DNA of 64,000 nt from Eledone cirrhosa. Taxonomy: Eukaryota. The stretch covers positions 17,484,001-17,548,000 of the forward strand of contig OZ024748.1 of the NCBI GenBank assembly GCA_964016885.1, written 5' to 3'. Of this stretch, positions 23,429 to 39,085 are shown one piece after another. Position numbers and translations under genes: made by a program. The notes beneath the pieces were generated by a model. The model was not told where the DNA came from, did no database searches, and saw only the letters and a list, made by a program, of their open reading frames with translations. How positions within the stretch are numbered: the first letter of the stretch is position 1; the number at the start of each line of letters is the position of its first letter.

Positions 23429-25200
23429 GAGTCTGGCCCTGGGACTTGTTCATGGACATACCAAAACTGGCCCAAAGCGGAAATTGGAGTCTTCGGAAGG
23501 TGAACGGAATTTATGCTCCCGAGGGAATGAGAGGAATTCTCGGAATGAAGACATCATCACCTTTTCCGCATCCAGAAAGGATTGTTGCCTCGATTACATG
23601 TGCCATCAATTTTTTTACAGCCAGCCGTGTCCCGTTGCACAGTCTTGGCGGTACCAAATTCCGCAGCAGCATTACAGGGGTGCCAACTTTAAGGAGAAGC
23701 ATGTGAAGCGGTAGTCCTGGGGGCTCCAAAGAATTGAGGAACTCCGGCGGAAAGTTCACCACTTAATTGGGATCTGGCATCGTATCAACAGATTTGTAAG
23801 TGTGAAGAACACCAGGAAGGGGGTGCAGTCGTTGGTTTTGTTAACAGCAACGTTTTTTGGAGCTAGCACTGCTCTTTCACACAACCATGCGTGGTTCTCG
23901 TAATTGTCTCTCAAATCTGGAAATACTTTGTCTTTCAGCTCCCCCGCAGAATTAACTGAGGTCGAAAATGGCCACACTTCCAGCTCTCCTCCAGCGTCCA
24001 GAGATATTTTGCTGTCGCCAAGATTCAAAATCTCCTGTGCAAAATCCGCGGACGTTTGGTCGCCGTTTAATTGAGCTCTCGTGTTGGTTGTAAGAATCAG
24101 TGTCCTGACATGGCGCCACAGAGGAGAGGACTTTAGGCATGTTTGGACCTCATCTGCTCTTGTGCCTTTGGGAATGACGGGAAGAGTCTGCCTGAAGTCA
24201 CCCGAAAGCAGAAGCGTAACACCTCCCATAGGAGCCTGACAGCCTCTGATGTCATTTAGAGCTCTGTTTAATGCGTCCAGAGTTTTCTTATGGGCTATGG
24301 TGCACTCATCCCACACAATGAGCTGACATCGTTTTAGGACTTAGCCCTGGTTAGAGGTCTTGCTGATGCTGCAAGTAGGCGTTTCTGACGTTGTTAAATT
24401 GAGAGGCAATTTAAAACTGGAGTGTGCGGTCCTGCCACCGGGCAACAAAGTGGCAGCAATTCCAGAAGAGGCAACAGCAACCGCAATGTCCTTGTGCATC
24501 CTGACTTTCGCAAGGAGGAGTCTTGTTAAAAATGTTTTGCCCGTCCCTGCAGGAGCATCCAGAAAGAACATACCTCCTTTTCTGTGGCGCACATGGTCGG
24601 CAACAATGGTGTAAGCACGACGTTGGTCCGGAAGAAGTTGTGGTTCAGTTTCAAGGACGTACTTGGTAAGAGCATCGACGTCGTAGGACGTTTCTTGGAT
24701 AAGAGCTGTAGGAAGTACGTTTGACCCTGTACGGATTGTTTGGAGTAGACCATATGAGGACAAATAATTTCCGCCGAGTGATGCAACTCTATCCTCTCTG
24801 TCAATCAATGCTAGATTGAAGACCTCGTCGCTGGTACGTTCCATCTCAGGGTATTGCACTTGCGCCTGACGTTTGTTGTCCTCGGATAAGTCATCTTTAT
24901 ACTTGAGCCACAAAGAGATAGGATTACTCAGTTCGCAAGTTTGCAGCAGTGCTGCAAATAGAGCTCGTAGGCGCATAGGTGATTGAGATGCAACAGCTTC
25001 GAATAAAGTGGCATCCCACTGCGTACCGTCTTCTAGCAGGCCGCGCTTGAAGCAAGCTTCCCTGTAAGTGCTGCACATGGAACCGTCGGCAGTTCTAAGG
25101 TCATGAAAGGACTGGGGTCATCTTACCTCATGTAGCAGAAGACGTAGGTAGAAGCACTCATGCTGGTTCGAGTGCACTGTGTAAACTCTCCCTAGGTAAC
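23428..25200 (-). pseudogene. Helitron RepHel fragment (PIF1-family SF1 helicase) with stops and frameshifts
   Basis: FYLRLLLHEVR, TYREAC, DAPAGTGKTF (Walker A), [61 protein letters not shown]. Confidence 0.95.
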
Positions 25201-25286
25201 TGTCTCTATAATCTCATTTCTACAGCTGAGTAAACTGGAGCAATGTGAAATAAAGTGTCTTCGTCAAGGAAACAACACATATATAT

Positions 25287-25628
25287 GGCACATGGCTTAG
25301 TGGTTAGAGCATTGGCCATGCAATCGAAAGGTTGTGAGTTCAATTCTCAGACCGGGTGATGTGTTGTTTCCTTGAGCAAGACACTTTATTTCACATTGCT
25401 CCAGTTTACTCAGCTGTAGAAATGAGATGATAGGGACTGGAGTCCATATCATTCCACTGCAAAGTGGTCGTGGAGGTGCCACGGCAAAAAAGCACTCACT
25501 GTAAATGAGGTCGGTGTTAGGAAGGGTATCCAGCTGTAGAAATCAAGCCAGAATCAGTTCCAGTCGCACCCTTGCAAGCAGGGAAAATAGGACGTAAAAT
25601 GAAATGATGATGATGATGGTGATGATGA
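25287..25628 (+). mobile_element. SINE family B
   Basis: Matches 7654-7998; preceded by a short inverted fragment at about 25210-25280. Confidence 0.9.
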
Positions 25629-25629
25629 C

Positions 25630-25688
<59 letters not shown>

Positions 25689-27626
25689 TATATATATATA
25701 CATATATATATACACACACACATATATATATATACATATATATATATATACACACACATATATATATATACATATATATATATATACACACACACACATA
25801 TATATACACATATATATACATATATTTTATCGGCATTAATTGCAGAAAATATATTACTTGACATGAAACAGAAACAGACTCAGAGCTAACTAAACAGAAC
25901 GTAGATATTTGAAACAAGCCGAACGTAATCCAAAGGAAAAAATCAAACTTCAGCAAAATTGTGGGAAGCACCACGTAGAATGACAATTTTCTTAAGTTTC
26001 TATTTATTCCGGTAACATCGAGTTTATTCAATTGATTATATTTTCGGTTTTTCATTCTTGGTTCATGCTCTTCCATCTTCTCATTCTTTGTTTGTAATTT
26101 TTACTATTTTCTTTTTCCTTCTAGTTCTTTCTTGTTCTTCATCTCTTTCTATTTTCTATTTAGTATTTAAGCTTTTATTTTATATTTCTCTAATATAACC
26201 GTACAGTGCAGTATGTATGTTGTCATTGGTGAAAGTAGAGACTCCAAAAAAATCAATGGCTCTTAAAAGTTAGTTGGATGGATTTAGCCGTAAATCTTGT
26301 CAGAAGGCATAAAATTCTCCAACTCATTCACAACTGGAATTTGTCAAAGTGAAATCAATCAAATCATTCTTGCCCAATTAAACCCCCCCACCCCCCAGTT
26401 TTCATCGATTTTTTATGCTATTTATTTTTTTTGTGATGTTGGGGGGGGGGGGGGGGGTATTTTTATTTTATATTATTTTTTTTTATTTTTTTTATTTTTA
26501 TTATTGTATTGACATTTGTAAACCTATGAAAAATGTTTTCTTTTTTTTTCTTTTTTCTTTTTTTCTCTTTTCTTTTCCTTTTTAATCTGTTCATTGCTAG
26601 GAAACAGCAGTTGAGATTTATCTCATCCTTGCTGAATTTTATCCATGGTCTTGAATCATGTGAGAAACTTATATATAGATATGTAAGAATATTTTAGCAG
26701 TAGGGGAGGGGTTTCTTCTTGTTTCTTTTCTGTATTTAGTGTCTTTGCATTGACACAAGTCTATAAATTTATAGGGAAGACATGTTTCCATATATATAAG
26801 CACCATAGTTTCCCTGAAACCACTTTCATTCAACAACTGTTCCAAATCTCCTTCTTCTTCTTCTTCTTCTTCTCCTCCTCGTCCCCTCCTTCTCCTCTTT
26901 CTCCTCCTCGTCCCCGTCTTCTCCTCTTTCTCCTCCTCGTCCCCGTCTTCTCCTCTTTCTCCTCCTCGTCCTCGTCTTCTTCTTCTCCTCCTCATACTCC
27001 TTCTTTTTCTTCTTCTTCTCCTCCTCCTCGTCCCCTCCACCCTCCTCTTCCGCCATCCTCCCCTCAACCCCCCTCTTCCTCCTTCCCCCTCTTCCTCCTT
27101 CCCCCTCCTCCTTATCCCCTTCCTCTTTCTTCCCAATGGGTCATTGTCTCCTTTCACACTACTCTAGTCTCTACTCAACTAAATAAAATGAGTGGTACCT
27201 GTAATTCAATGGAGTCAGTCACGTCATACACTGCACTACATTATGGGTACACAAGTGCATCTCCCTTACCATCCTCCGGGGAAACGCCTTCTCCATTCTG
27301 TCCACCGGGGCTGTGGGGAGGTCAGCACGTGGGACCCCATTTGCTCACCATACAGAGATGGGGAGGGCAAGAGAGATGGAGGCGGTGACAGTGGGAGTTC
27401 GGCTCTTCCATGGTCGAACCATATCCCTGTGGTTGTGTTCATTAAGCAGTTAATGAGTCTGTTTATGTATATTTATATATGAATAATTGTCAAGAAAGGT
27501 GATGTAAAAGACAAGTCCACACACACACAGTAAGTGGATTGTTTTTGTTAATTTCATGATCTGGGTGTCCCATTGGTCAAATTAACTGGAACACACTGAG
27601 GTCCAACAAACACACACACACATTAA

Positions 27627-27878
27627 CCCTTATTAACCCAAATCACCTGAAACTGCCCTTCGTTCTATGATAGATACAAAGCTCTAAAGTTTGAAGTGTT
27701 TTTATTTATCTAAAATCCTTTCATCCTAATTTTAAGTTAGATCCTTTGTTAAGTTATATTCCAAACACCTGCTTAATAATCATAGAGTTAGGGTTGGGGT
27801 TACAAATTCTTCATTATTTTTTTAATTATTTGAAAATCATTGGCAGTTTATTTCATTAGAAACATGGAAACAAAAGGG
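27627..27878. mobile_element. Second piggyBac-type MITE family (old)
   Basis: ttaa-ccctt ... aaggg-ttaa. Confidence 0.5.
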
Positions 27879-27996
27879 TTAAAATATTTATATTTGAGTA
27901 GAAGCCTTCCACCATAATTTTAAATAGAAATCTTTGTGTGTCAAAAACATCAGCTTAATCTTTATATAAATTTGAGCGACTTCTATCTGTCGCACA

Positions 27997-28034
<38 letters not shown>

Positions 28035-29551
28035 GGAAGGAAGAGGATGGTGAAAAAACTATAGCAAAACAGCGGCTGGTATTGCATTTGCTATGTTGTG
28101 TGTGTGTGTGTTTTTGTGTAAATGTATGTGTGTGTGTTTGTGTGAATGTATGTGTGTGTGTGTGTGTGAAAGTATGTGTGTGTTTGTGTGAATGTATGTG
28201 TGTGTTTGCATGGATGTTTGTGTGAATGTATGTGTGTGTAAATGTATGTGTGTATTTGTGTGAATGTATGTATGTGTATTTGTGTGAATGTTACCAATAA
28301 CTTCAACAATACTAAATTTTGTAAGGATTCATTCCAACTTTCAACACATGTCAGCGTGTTGAAAGAAATTTTAGTAATCATATAAATCTAAATCCCTGCA
28401 AATTCTTGACTATTTTTGACATTATTTGAAAACCACAGACAGTGAGTTTCATCAGAAATATGGTTAAAAAAAGTGTTAAAAAGGAGGAGTAAGTGGAAGA
28501 ATCATCATCTGCAATGTGGAATTGAAACCATTCTGCTGCTTCAGTTTGGTTACTTCTTACATTTAGTCAAACCATTCAACATATCTCGTTAACTGGATTT
28601 ACTCTCTCTTTAGTATTTTCTTTAAGTAAAACCTAATTACAGATATAACGAACAGACAGATGAAGTTGGTAGATAGATTACAATCTTATTATCAAATGCA
28701 AATATATTTTGCTAAGATCTGTTAGGTTTTATTTTTGTCATTCCTCTTATTTTGCAGAGATATTCGATTTAAAGCTCTTGTATTTAATATTGTCAGCGCT
28801 ATAGACACCTGAACTCTTTCAGAAGAGAATGTTCAAATGTTCAGCTATGAATTAGTGCTAGACCTACATTTTCTCTAGAAATCTGATTATTTCAAAGCCT
28901 TAACAAAGCATCTATAAACAACAGGAAAAATTGTACATTTTTTTTGTTCCACAATTAGGAATTATACTACAATATCAATTTATTATTAGCTTTGTCTCAC
29001 CTACTAAATTTATACCTTGACTTTCTTCCTAATAAAATAGAAATCTGTAGAATAGCATTAAAGACAAGAAGACAAAACAATATTAAAACAAAACAAAAAA
29101 ATATAAATAAAGAAACAAAAACCTGTTTTATTCGCAAAATGGCTGACATTTCTTCAAATCATTTTATATTTTTATTTTTCGAAGAACTCAGCGCTGAACT
29201 AATTCGATCAAAACTAATACATATTGTAAGAAAACTAGCAGTAGCAAACAGCACATATATATATTCCCTTTGAACACGTACCTATTAAATTACTGTACGT
29301 AATATTCAAGATGAAAAACGAAATAAAATATAGCAAAACAAAGTAAAAATATTAACGTAAATGAAATATCTCCTCTAAAATTCTGACCTCAGTATTATTA
29401 CTAATAATGTCGCTTGGAATCAGTACCGAGACTTTCTAATTGTATTGTATATGGACGGTAATATACTATTAGCAGCAGACAACACAACACAAAGTGAAGA
29501 TTTATTGCTTAGCTTCACAGCATACATATATATCCTGATCTAACAATGGCA

Positions 29552-29552
29552 G

Positions 29553-29584
<32 letters not shown>

Positions 29585-29763
29585 TTGTATGTTTGTATGT
29601 ATGTATGTTTGTATGTAAATATATATATATGTATATATTTATATATGTATGTATATGTGTATATATATATATGTATGTATATGTATGTATATATATATAT
29701 ATGTATATGTATATATAAATGTAGGTATATATGTATATGTATATATATATATATGTATATATG

Positions 29764-29816
<53 letters not shown>

Positions 29817-29827
29817 GTATATATATG

Positions 29828-29858
<31 letters not shown>

Positions 29859-29907
29859 GTATATATGTATATATGTATATATATGTATATATATGTATAT
29901 ATATATG

Positions 29908-29940
<33 letters not shown>

Positions 29941-29955
29941 GTATATATATATATG

Positions 29956-29986
<31 letters not shown>

Positions 29987-30045
29987 GTATATATATATGT
30001 ATATATGTATATATATATATGTATGTATATATATATGTATATATG

Positions 30046-30136
<91 letters not shown>

Positions 30137-30137
30137 G

Positions 30138-30168
<31 letters not shown>

Positions 30169-30195
30169 GTATATATATATGTATATATACATATG

Positions 30196-30226
<31 letters not shown>

Positions 30227-30293
30227 GTATATATATATGTATATATACATATGTATATATATATGTATATATGTATATATATATGTATATATG

Positions 30294-30326
<33 letters not shown>

Positions 30327-30327
30327 G

Positions 30328-30358
<31 letters not shown>

Positions 30359-30396
30359 GTATATATATATGTATATATATATATGTATATATATAT
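29552..30396. repeat. (TA)n/(TATG) compound microsatellite
   Basis: Direct inspection. Confidence 0.95.
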
Positions 30397-30514
30397 GTGT
30401 GCATTTGTTTGTGTATATATCTATAAGTTGTGTTATCTAATTGGTTATTAGTAAATAAATGAAAAAAATCGAAGAATATATTATTACTTTTATTTTATTA
30501 TCATTATTAGGTTT

Positions 30515-31900
30515 GGCAGGATTAGTAGAGCGTCAGACACCATGCTTTGCAGCTTAGAATTATGGCCCTTTACGCTCTGAGTTCAAATCCCGCCAAGATT
30601 AACTTTGCCTTTCATCCTTATGAGGTCAATAAATAAAGTACCAGTGTAATACACTGGGGCTAATTGCAGGCCTTGTGCTAAAAATAGAAACATTATTATT
30701 ATTATTATTGCCAGTATCGGTAGAGCATCAGGACATGCTTTGCAGCATAGAGTTATGGCCATTTACATTCTGAGTTCAAATCCCGCCGAAGTTAACTTTG
30801 CCTTTCATCCTTACAGGGTTGGTAAAATAAAGTACCAGTCACGCACTGGGGTCGATTTAATCAACTTCCCCCTCCCCCCAAAAAATTGCTGGCCTTGTGC
30901 CTATATTATTTTCATCATCATCATCATTATCATCACTGTTGTAATTGATATTATTTAGAAGGGAAATATCAGAAGTGAAACAATATCTTGGTTACTACCA
31001 AATATTATTAATGTCCGCCGAAGTTAGCTTTGCCTTTCATCCTTTCAGGAGTCGATACAATAAAGTACCAGTAATACACTGGGGTCGATTTAATCGACTT
31101 TTCCCTGGCCTTGTGCCTATACTAGAAATCATTATTATTTCTATTGGCAGTATCAGTAGAGTCTCGGATGCCATGCTTTGCAGCACAGTTACGTCCCTTT
31201 ACGGACTGAGTTCAAATCCCGCCGAGGTTAACTTTGCCTTTCATCCTTACGGGGTCGATAAAATAAAGTACCAGTAATGCACTGGGATAATTGCTGGCCT
31301 TGTGCCGAAAGTAGAAACAATTATTATTTCTAGTACCAGTAACACACTGAGGGCAGTTTAATCGACTTTCCATCCCCCAAAATTCTTCGCCTTGTACCTA
31401 AATCAGAAACCATTATCATTAGTGAGTTCAAATCTTGCTGAAGTTATACCTTTGTCTTTCATCCTGGGCAGGGCACAGAGCACCATCATGAATTGAACTA
31501 TTGACCCTACAGTCATAAGCTAAACAGCATAACAACTGACACATCTTTACAATGGTAATATGTTTTATGAAAAATAAATTCCTATTTCCATTATTATTTC
31601 TGGAACTAAGGGTGGTGGAAAGGCAGTATCAGTAGGCTGAGAGTCCTGCCAAGGATATCTTTGCCTTTCATCCTTATGAGTCAATAACATAAAACATTGG
31701 GGTTGATTTTATCAACCTTTCCCTCCCCCAAATTGTTGGCCTTGTGTCTAAATCAGAAACCATTATAATATATTTATAATATATTTATAATATATAAGGT
31801 TAACTTTGCCTTTCATCCTTACGGGGTCGATAAAATAAAGTACTAGTAATACACTGAGATAATTGCTGGCCTTGTGCCAAAAGTAGAAACAATTATAATA
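30515..31900 (+). mobile_element. Head-to-tail cluster of SINE family A copies and fragments
   Basis: At least seven ctttcatcct cores in the same orientation. Confidence 0.85.
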
Positions 31901-31902
31901 TA

Positions 31903-32302
31903 TTGTATTTCCAGGCGCCGAACATGCTTCGTCCTTGATGACGCACCAAACTTTTGAAAAAAAATTGTTTCTACTTTTGGCACAACGTCAGCAATTACCC
32001 AGTACAACCCATGCTAGCGTTGAAGATGGACGTTAAATGAAGATGATGATGATGATTATTTCATTTTATCGACCCCCATAAGGATGAAAGGCAAAGTTAA
32101 CCTTGGCGGGATTTGAACTCAGAATAGCAAGGGCCATAATTCTATGCTGGAAAGCATGGTGTGCAAACCCGCTACCGATATTGCCAACCCACCACCCCTT
32201 TTGAAAAAATAATAAACAAACTTCGGCCTACAGGATGCAGGGTAGATTTTTGAGACTTATTTTAGGAAAAAAGTAGTGTCTTCGATGCTGGGAAATACGG
32301 TA
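31903..32302. mobile_element. Tigger/pogo-like MITE interrupted by inverted SINE A pieces
   Basis: gtatttcc ... gggaaatacggta termini; SINE A on the minus strand at 32056-32197. Confidence 0.55.
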
Positions 32303-33639
32303 AGTGATGGAACATTCCATAGATATGTGTACCCTTAAGGTAATTCATAAGAAGATTCAACATGATACACTGGGTGTCAAGGCTGGTCCTTTGAGTTACA
32401 GGTACAATCACTCCCTAAGAAGGGTTTCAAAACTTTCTCTGTCTGTCAAATGACTTGAGATGACCCATAGCTATGGTCAAAAAGACTTGCCCAAGACACT
32501 TACCATGCATTGGGGTTGAATGTGGGACCTTTTGATTGTATTCACATGTCATCAGAATGTTATTTGAAGCCATATGAGAGCAGTGGATTAGCAATATCGT
32601 TAGAGCATCAAACAGGCTTTGTAGCATATAATTAGGGTTCTTTACAATCTGAGTTCAAATCCCACCGAGGTTAGCTTTGCCTTTCATCCTTACGTGGTTG
32701 ATAAAATAAAGTACCAGTTGCACACTGGGGTCGATTAAATCTACTTTGCCCACCCCTAAAATTTGCGGGCCTTATGCCTAAATCAGAAACCATTATTTGA
32801 AGTCATATTACACTCAGATGACTTGGATCAACCCACAGATATGATAAATGACACTTGATAAAGGTTTGATGCAGTGGAATAGAACTCAAGACCTTATGAT
32901 TGGGTCCCCACTTCATTAGAATGTTATTACTTGAAGCCATATTTCACTTACATATGGCTTGGATCAACCCAAGTCTATGTTAACTCTTTAGCATTTCAAC
33001 TGGCTGTATCCAGCCAGAATTCTCTCACCTCTTTCTGCTCAAACCAGCTATATCCAGCCACTCATACTGATGATAATGTATTGTTCTCAAATTAAGTAAT
33101 ATCAAAATGTCATAGATTCGATATTATGTGAGATAATGGAGAAGACGTTTCCCCAGAGGATGGTAAGGGAGATGCGCTGGAAGAGTCATTCCATCTCACG
33201 AGGCTCACACCTGTAGTTGGCCCAGCTCAACACCTATGGTGGTGAGTAGGGAGGTAGCCCTAGGTCCAAGGACACCAGAAGTTTCCACTGCCAAGGGCAC
33301 GACCGCAACCGGTACTTGGAGGCAATTATGTGAGGTAATTGCTTTACTGTGAAAATACAATAGTAAATATAGAGTAATATAAATGCTAAAGGGGTAAATG
33401 ACACTTACCCAAGTTTTCAGACATTGGGATAGAACCCAGGCCCATATGCCTGGGTCTCCACTGAGTCATAATAATATCTTATTTCTTGAAAGCGTATTTA
33501 GAGGCAGTAGAATTTAATGTGAACAAATGCAATAGTCATTGGGTACAAACAGCCGAGTTTCATTTCGATATCTTCTCTGTACAATCGTTAAGATTAGTAT
33601 CTGTACTATATTGAACTTACTTTCAATCAATTATATATA

Positions 33640-34872
33640 CCTCTCTCCCCTTCTATCTCCTTCTCTCTCTCTGTTTCTTTTCTATTCCCCTTATCTCTTT
33701 CTGTTTCTTTTCTATTCCCCTTATCTCTTTCTGTTTCTATTCCCCTTATCTCTTTCTGTTTCTATTCCCCTTATCTCTTTCTGTTTCTTTTCTATCTCCT
33801 TCTATCCCCTTCTGTTTCTTTTCTATCTCCTTCTATCCCCTCTCTCACCGTTCCTTCCCTCTCTCCTTCTATCGCTCTCTGTTCCTTCTTTCTCTCCCTC
33901 TAGCTCTCTCTCCCCTTCTCTCTCTATATCCTTCTCCCTCGCCCTCTATTTCTTTATTCCTTCTCCCTCGCCCTCTATTTCTTTATTCCTTCTCTCACTT
34001 TTTTCTCACTCTCTCACTTCCTTTCTCGCTCACTCTTCTGTCACTTCTCCTCTATCTCTCTCTTCCTTCTCTCACTCTTTCTCTCTCCATCTCTCTCTCT
34101 ATCCATCTCTCTCTCTCTCCATCCATCTCTCTTTCTATCCATCTCTCTCTCCATCTCTCTCTCCATCCATCTCTCTCTCCATCTCTCTCTATCCATCTCT
34201 CTCTCTCCATCTATCTCTCTCTCCATCTATCTCTCTATCCATCTCTCTCTCTCTCTCCATCTATCTCTCTCCATCTATCTCTCTATCCATCTATCTCTCT
34301 ATTCATCTCTCTATCCATCTCTCTATCCATCTCTCTATCCATCTCTCTATCCATCTCTCTCCATCTCTCTCTCCATCTCTCCCTTCTCTCTCTTCCCATC
34401 TCTCCCTTCTCTCCCTTCCTCTCTCTTCCTTCTCTCTCCATCTCTCTCTCCTTCCCTCTCCCTCTCTCTCCCTTCCCTCTCTCCCATAGACATAATATAT
34501 CTTTGTGTCCTTCATCAAAGAATAATTACTATAAACTGATACAATTATTGAAACACTTATCAGCCAGAAAAATATACAGCATTTATTTTAATGTGTAATA
34601 GTTTCATTCTCTCCCAACTCTCTCCTCTCTCTCCCAACTCTCTCTAGCTCCCAACTCTCTCTCCTCTCCCTCTCCCACTCCCTCTCTCCTCTCCCTCTAT
34701 TACTCGCTCTGCCTCTCTCTTTTCCTCTCTCTCCCTTTCCCTATTACTCGCTCTCCCTATTACTCGCTCTCCCTCTCTCTATCTCGCTCTTCCTCTCTCT
34801 TTCCCCCTCTCTCTCTCTTTCCCCCTCTCCCTATTACTTGATCTCCCCCTCTCTATCTCACTCTCACTCTCT
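33640..34872. repeat. CT-rich polypyrimidine microsatellite tracts
   Basis: Direct inspection. Confidence 0.9.
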
Positions 34873-35520
34873 CATTGTATGAGCTCTAGAAAACATCTTT
34901 TAATATATATTTTGAAATATATATTAAATGCATATATTTATACATACATACACATATATATATATATTTATATTTATATACACACACGCATGTATATATA
35001 TATTGTAAAAAAAAATCAATATTTTCATTAAAAAAATTATATATATATATATATGTACACACACACACATGTATATACACTTATATACAGACACATGTAT
35101 TTATATACACCCACATATATTTATATACACACACATATATTCATAAACACACACGCATGTGTGTATATATATATATATATATTTGTGTGTATGTGTATAT
35201 ATATATGTGTGTGTGTGTGTATATAAGTGCATATATATGTGTGTGTGTACATATATGATTTTTTTTTCAATATAAAAAAAAAGCAATTTTCATTTTTTTC
35301 ATTGAGGTAGGTTAGGATACACTCTATTGAACAGAGAACAATGTATTACTGGTATTTGGTTCAATGAATATCAAGACTATTTTTATAGTCAATTTAGGCT
35401 ATGAATATTACCTATTTTCTTTGTTTGACTAATTTCAATATCTGAAAGTGTTTATCTACACACCTTTGACATAATAAATGTTTTATCTTCATTTATAATA
35501 AATTGTATACAATGCTAATG

Positions 35521-35551
<31 letters not shown>

Positions 35552-36524
35552 ATAATATTCAATTTGTATTGAAAACCCATTATTATAAACTATAATTTTG
35601 TAATATAATATTGACACTCAAATAAAGTATTTATTTATCTATCTCTCTAAATATTGTATATTATTTTGCTGCCATTTAATAGTAGAGAGATAAAAGGTGA
35701 AATAGAGGAGGTATAACAATGTTTTAACAACAACAACAGCAACAACAACTAAAGAGATAAATACTGTAAGATAGATTTTTTTATTTATTTAGTATGACCC
35801 ACTGAAATATTTACCATCTTATATCTCTACAAAAAGCCATGATGTAAATCACTTTTAAAGGTATACAAGGATCAGCAGAAAATTTCATAGGCTGACTATG
35901 AAGGAGTGATACTAGTGCTGTGAAATCTTGCATGCATAACTGCATAGTTTCTTTCCAGAGAGACTATGTTGAAAAATAAACCATATTTGATCATTCTATT
36001 ATAGTATCTTGGTCAGCCTACGAAATTTTCAGCTGCCCCGTGTATATATATATATATATATACAATTTTGTTTTGTGAAGAAACACAACTACCAACACTG
36101 CTGCTACTATCATGACTACACACCTCTCTCTACACACAAGAACTCATTCTCCAGTCCCCTTCTGAGCAAGGAAGATGGGAAAAAAAACTTATTCCAACAC
36201 TTAATTTAAAATCTTTAATTATTAGTTTTTAATTCTTATTAATTCTCTTTAATTGTAATACTCAACATTTGATAAGATGAATTTTAATAATACATCTAAA
36301 CCGGTTATATTTTATATACATTATAAAACTCTTTTTTAAAAGAATTGTCCCTCTCATTTTTTCAATAATGTCATCTTTTCAATTCTTGTTAATTGTAATA
36401 CTCAACGTTTGATAGGATAAATTTTATTAATACATCGAAACAAATAAACTAAAGTAATGGTGACTGGGAATACCTCCAAGACTTTATATTGTGATAGAGA
36501 TATCAGAGAAAGTTAGAGAATCAC

Positions 36525-36683
36525 TTCTGAAGATCCCATTAAGAGTGAAAGCAGCGATTCTTTGCTTAAACTTTAATCTGTTATTTTAATAAATTTTTGC
36601 TCTAGGGTTCTTATATATTTGATATTTATTTATCCTTATCAAGCCATCTTTGGATTTTAGTCTTCACATTTATTATTATTACT
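36525..36683 (+). mobile_element. Family D cassette starting at the HHR core
   Basis: ttCTGAAGA-tcccattaagagt-GAAAgca..tgcTTaaact plus the full tail matching 21418-21530, ending in (TA)n. Confidence 0.8.
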
Positions 36684-36987
36684 ATATATATATGTATATA
36701 TATATATATATATATAAATATATTCATATATGTATATATGTATATATAAATATATTCATATATCTATATATATATAAATATATTCATATATCTATATATA
36801 TATAAATATATTCATATATATATATATATAAATATATTCGTATATATATATATAAATTTGTATATATATATATCTATATAAATATATTTTTATATATATA
36901 TATATGAATATATATGTATGAATATATTCATATATATATATCTTTGGTGCGTTATGGTCCATCTGGTTCCTTACCACATTTCCTTCG

Positions 36988-37032
<45 letters not shown>

Positions 37033-37037
37033 TATAA

Positions 37038-37080
<43 letters not shown>

Positions 37081-37111
37081 TATAAATAAATATATATATA
37101 TATATAAATAA

Positions 37112-37190
<79 letters not shown>

Positions 37191-37192
<2 letters not shown>

Positions 37193-37556
37193 AAGAAAAA
37201 GGGATGAAATCGAAAATGCAACTGAAGTCTTATTTTTTTTAAAAATATATATATTTATTTGGTTCCTTTACCGGTTTCGCAGTTCTTCTGCTTTTCAAAA
37301 GGTGAGTTGAGATGGAGGGTCTGTGGTTTTTCTCACATCAGATGTGAGAAAAACCACAGACCCTCCATCTCAACTCACCTTTTGAAAAAAGAAGAACTGC
37401 GAAACCGGTAAAGGAACCAAATAAATATATATATTTTTTAAAAAAATAAGACTTCAGTTGCATTTTCGATTTCATCCCTTTTTCTTTATACTTCCACTCG
37501 TGTAGGACACCTCGGTTATTTTTCATTTTGTAAAAAAAACCTCACTTTCTAATATT
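37191..37556 (+). mobile_element. Fold-back cassette family E between (TA)n
   Basis: Palindrome 37191-37490 (axis 37340) plus tail; relatives at about 43035-43225 and 54690-54910 on the minus strand. Confidence 0.8.
37265..37302 (-). ncRNA. Minimal hammerhead, U3-A8 variant (family E)
   Basis: Minus strand: cctt-TTGAAAA-gcag-aagaa-ctgc-GAAA-ccgg-TA-aagg. Confidence 0.75.
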
Positions 37557-38068
<512 letters not shown>

Positions 38069-38074
38069 TATATA

Positions 38075-38162
<88 letters not shown>

Positions 38163-38174
38163 TATATATATATA

Positions 38175-38245
<71 letters not shown>

Positions 38246-38273
38246 ATTTATATATATATATATATATAAATAA

Positions 38274-38304
<31 letters not shown>

Positions 38305-38351
38305 AAAATAAATATATATAAATATATAAAAATAAATATATATATATAAAA

Positions 38352-38481
<130 letters not shown>

Positions 38482-38680
38482 ATATATATATATATATAAA
38501 AATAAATATATATATATATATATATCATCATCATCATCATCATCAGGTTTAGCGTCCGTGTTCCACGCTTGCATGGGTTTGGACATATATATAAAAATAA
38601 ATATATATTTCTATAAAAATAAATATATATATATATATATATAAAAATAAATATATATATATATATATATATAAAAATAA

Positions 38681-38713
<33 letters not shown>

Positions 38714-38724
38714 TATATATATAA

Positions 38725-38929
38725 ATCATCATCATCATCATCATCACCGTTTTACGTCCGTTCTTCCACGCTAGCATGGGTTAGATGGGTTGTCCTGTTG
38801 TGGGCAGTGTCTGGTCGGCTGACCATGCCTTGCTCATACAGGAACTGATCTGGCTTGATTTCTACAGCTGGATGCCCTTCCTAACACCAACCTCATTTAC
38901 AGTGAGTGCTGGGTGCTTTTTCGTGGCGC
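38725..38929 (-). mobile_element. RTE-type 3' end fragment
   Basis: Matches 52108-52300. Confidence 0.8.
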
Positions 38930-38941
38930 ATATATATATAA

Positions 38942-39000
<59 letters not shown>

Positions 39001-39085
39001 TATATAAATAAATAAATATATATAAATAAATAAATATATATATATATAAGTTATAAGAATCAAAGATCTGTTCAAAACATTTTTA

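Noticed and set aside
29123-29149. Possible first coding exon MSAILRIKQ on the minus strand
   Set aside because: Weak donor and no downstream exon identified
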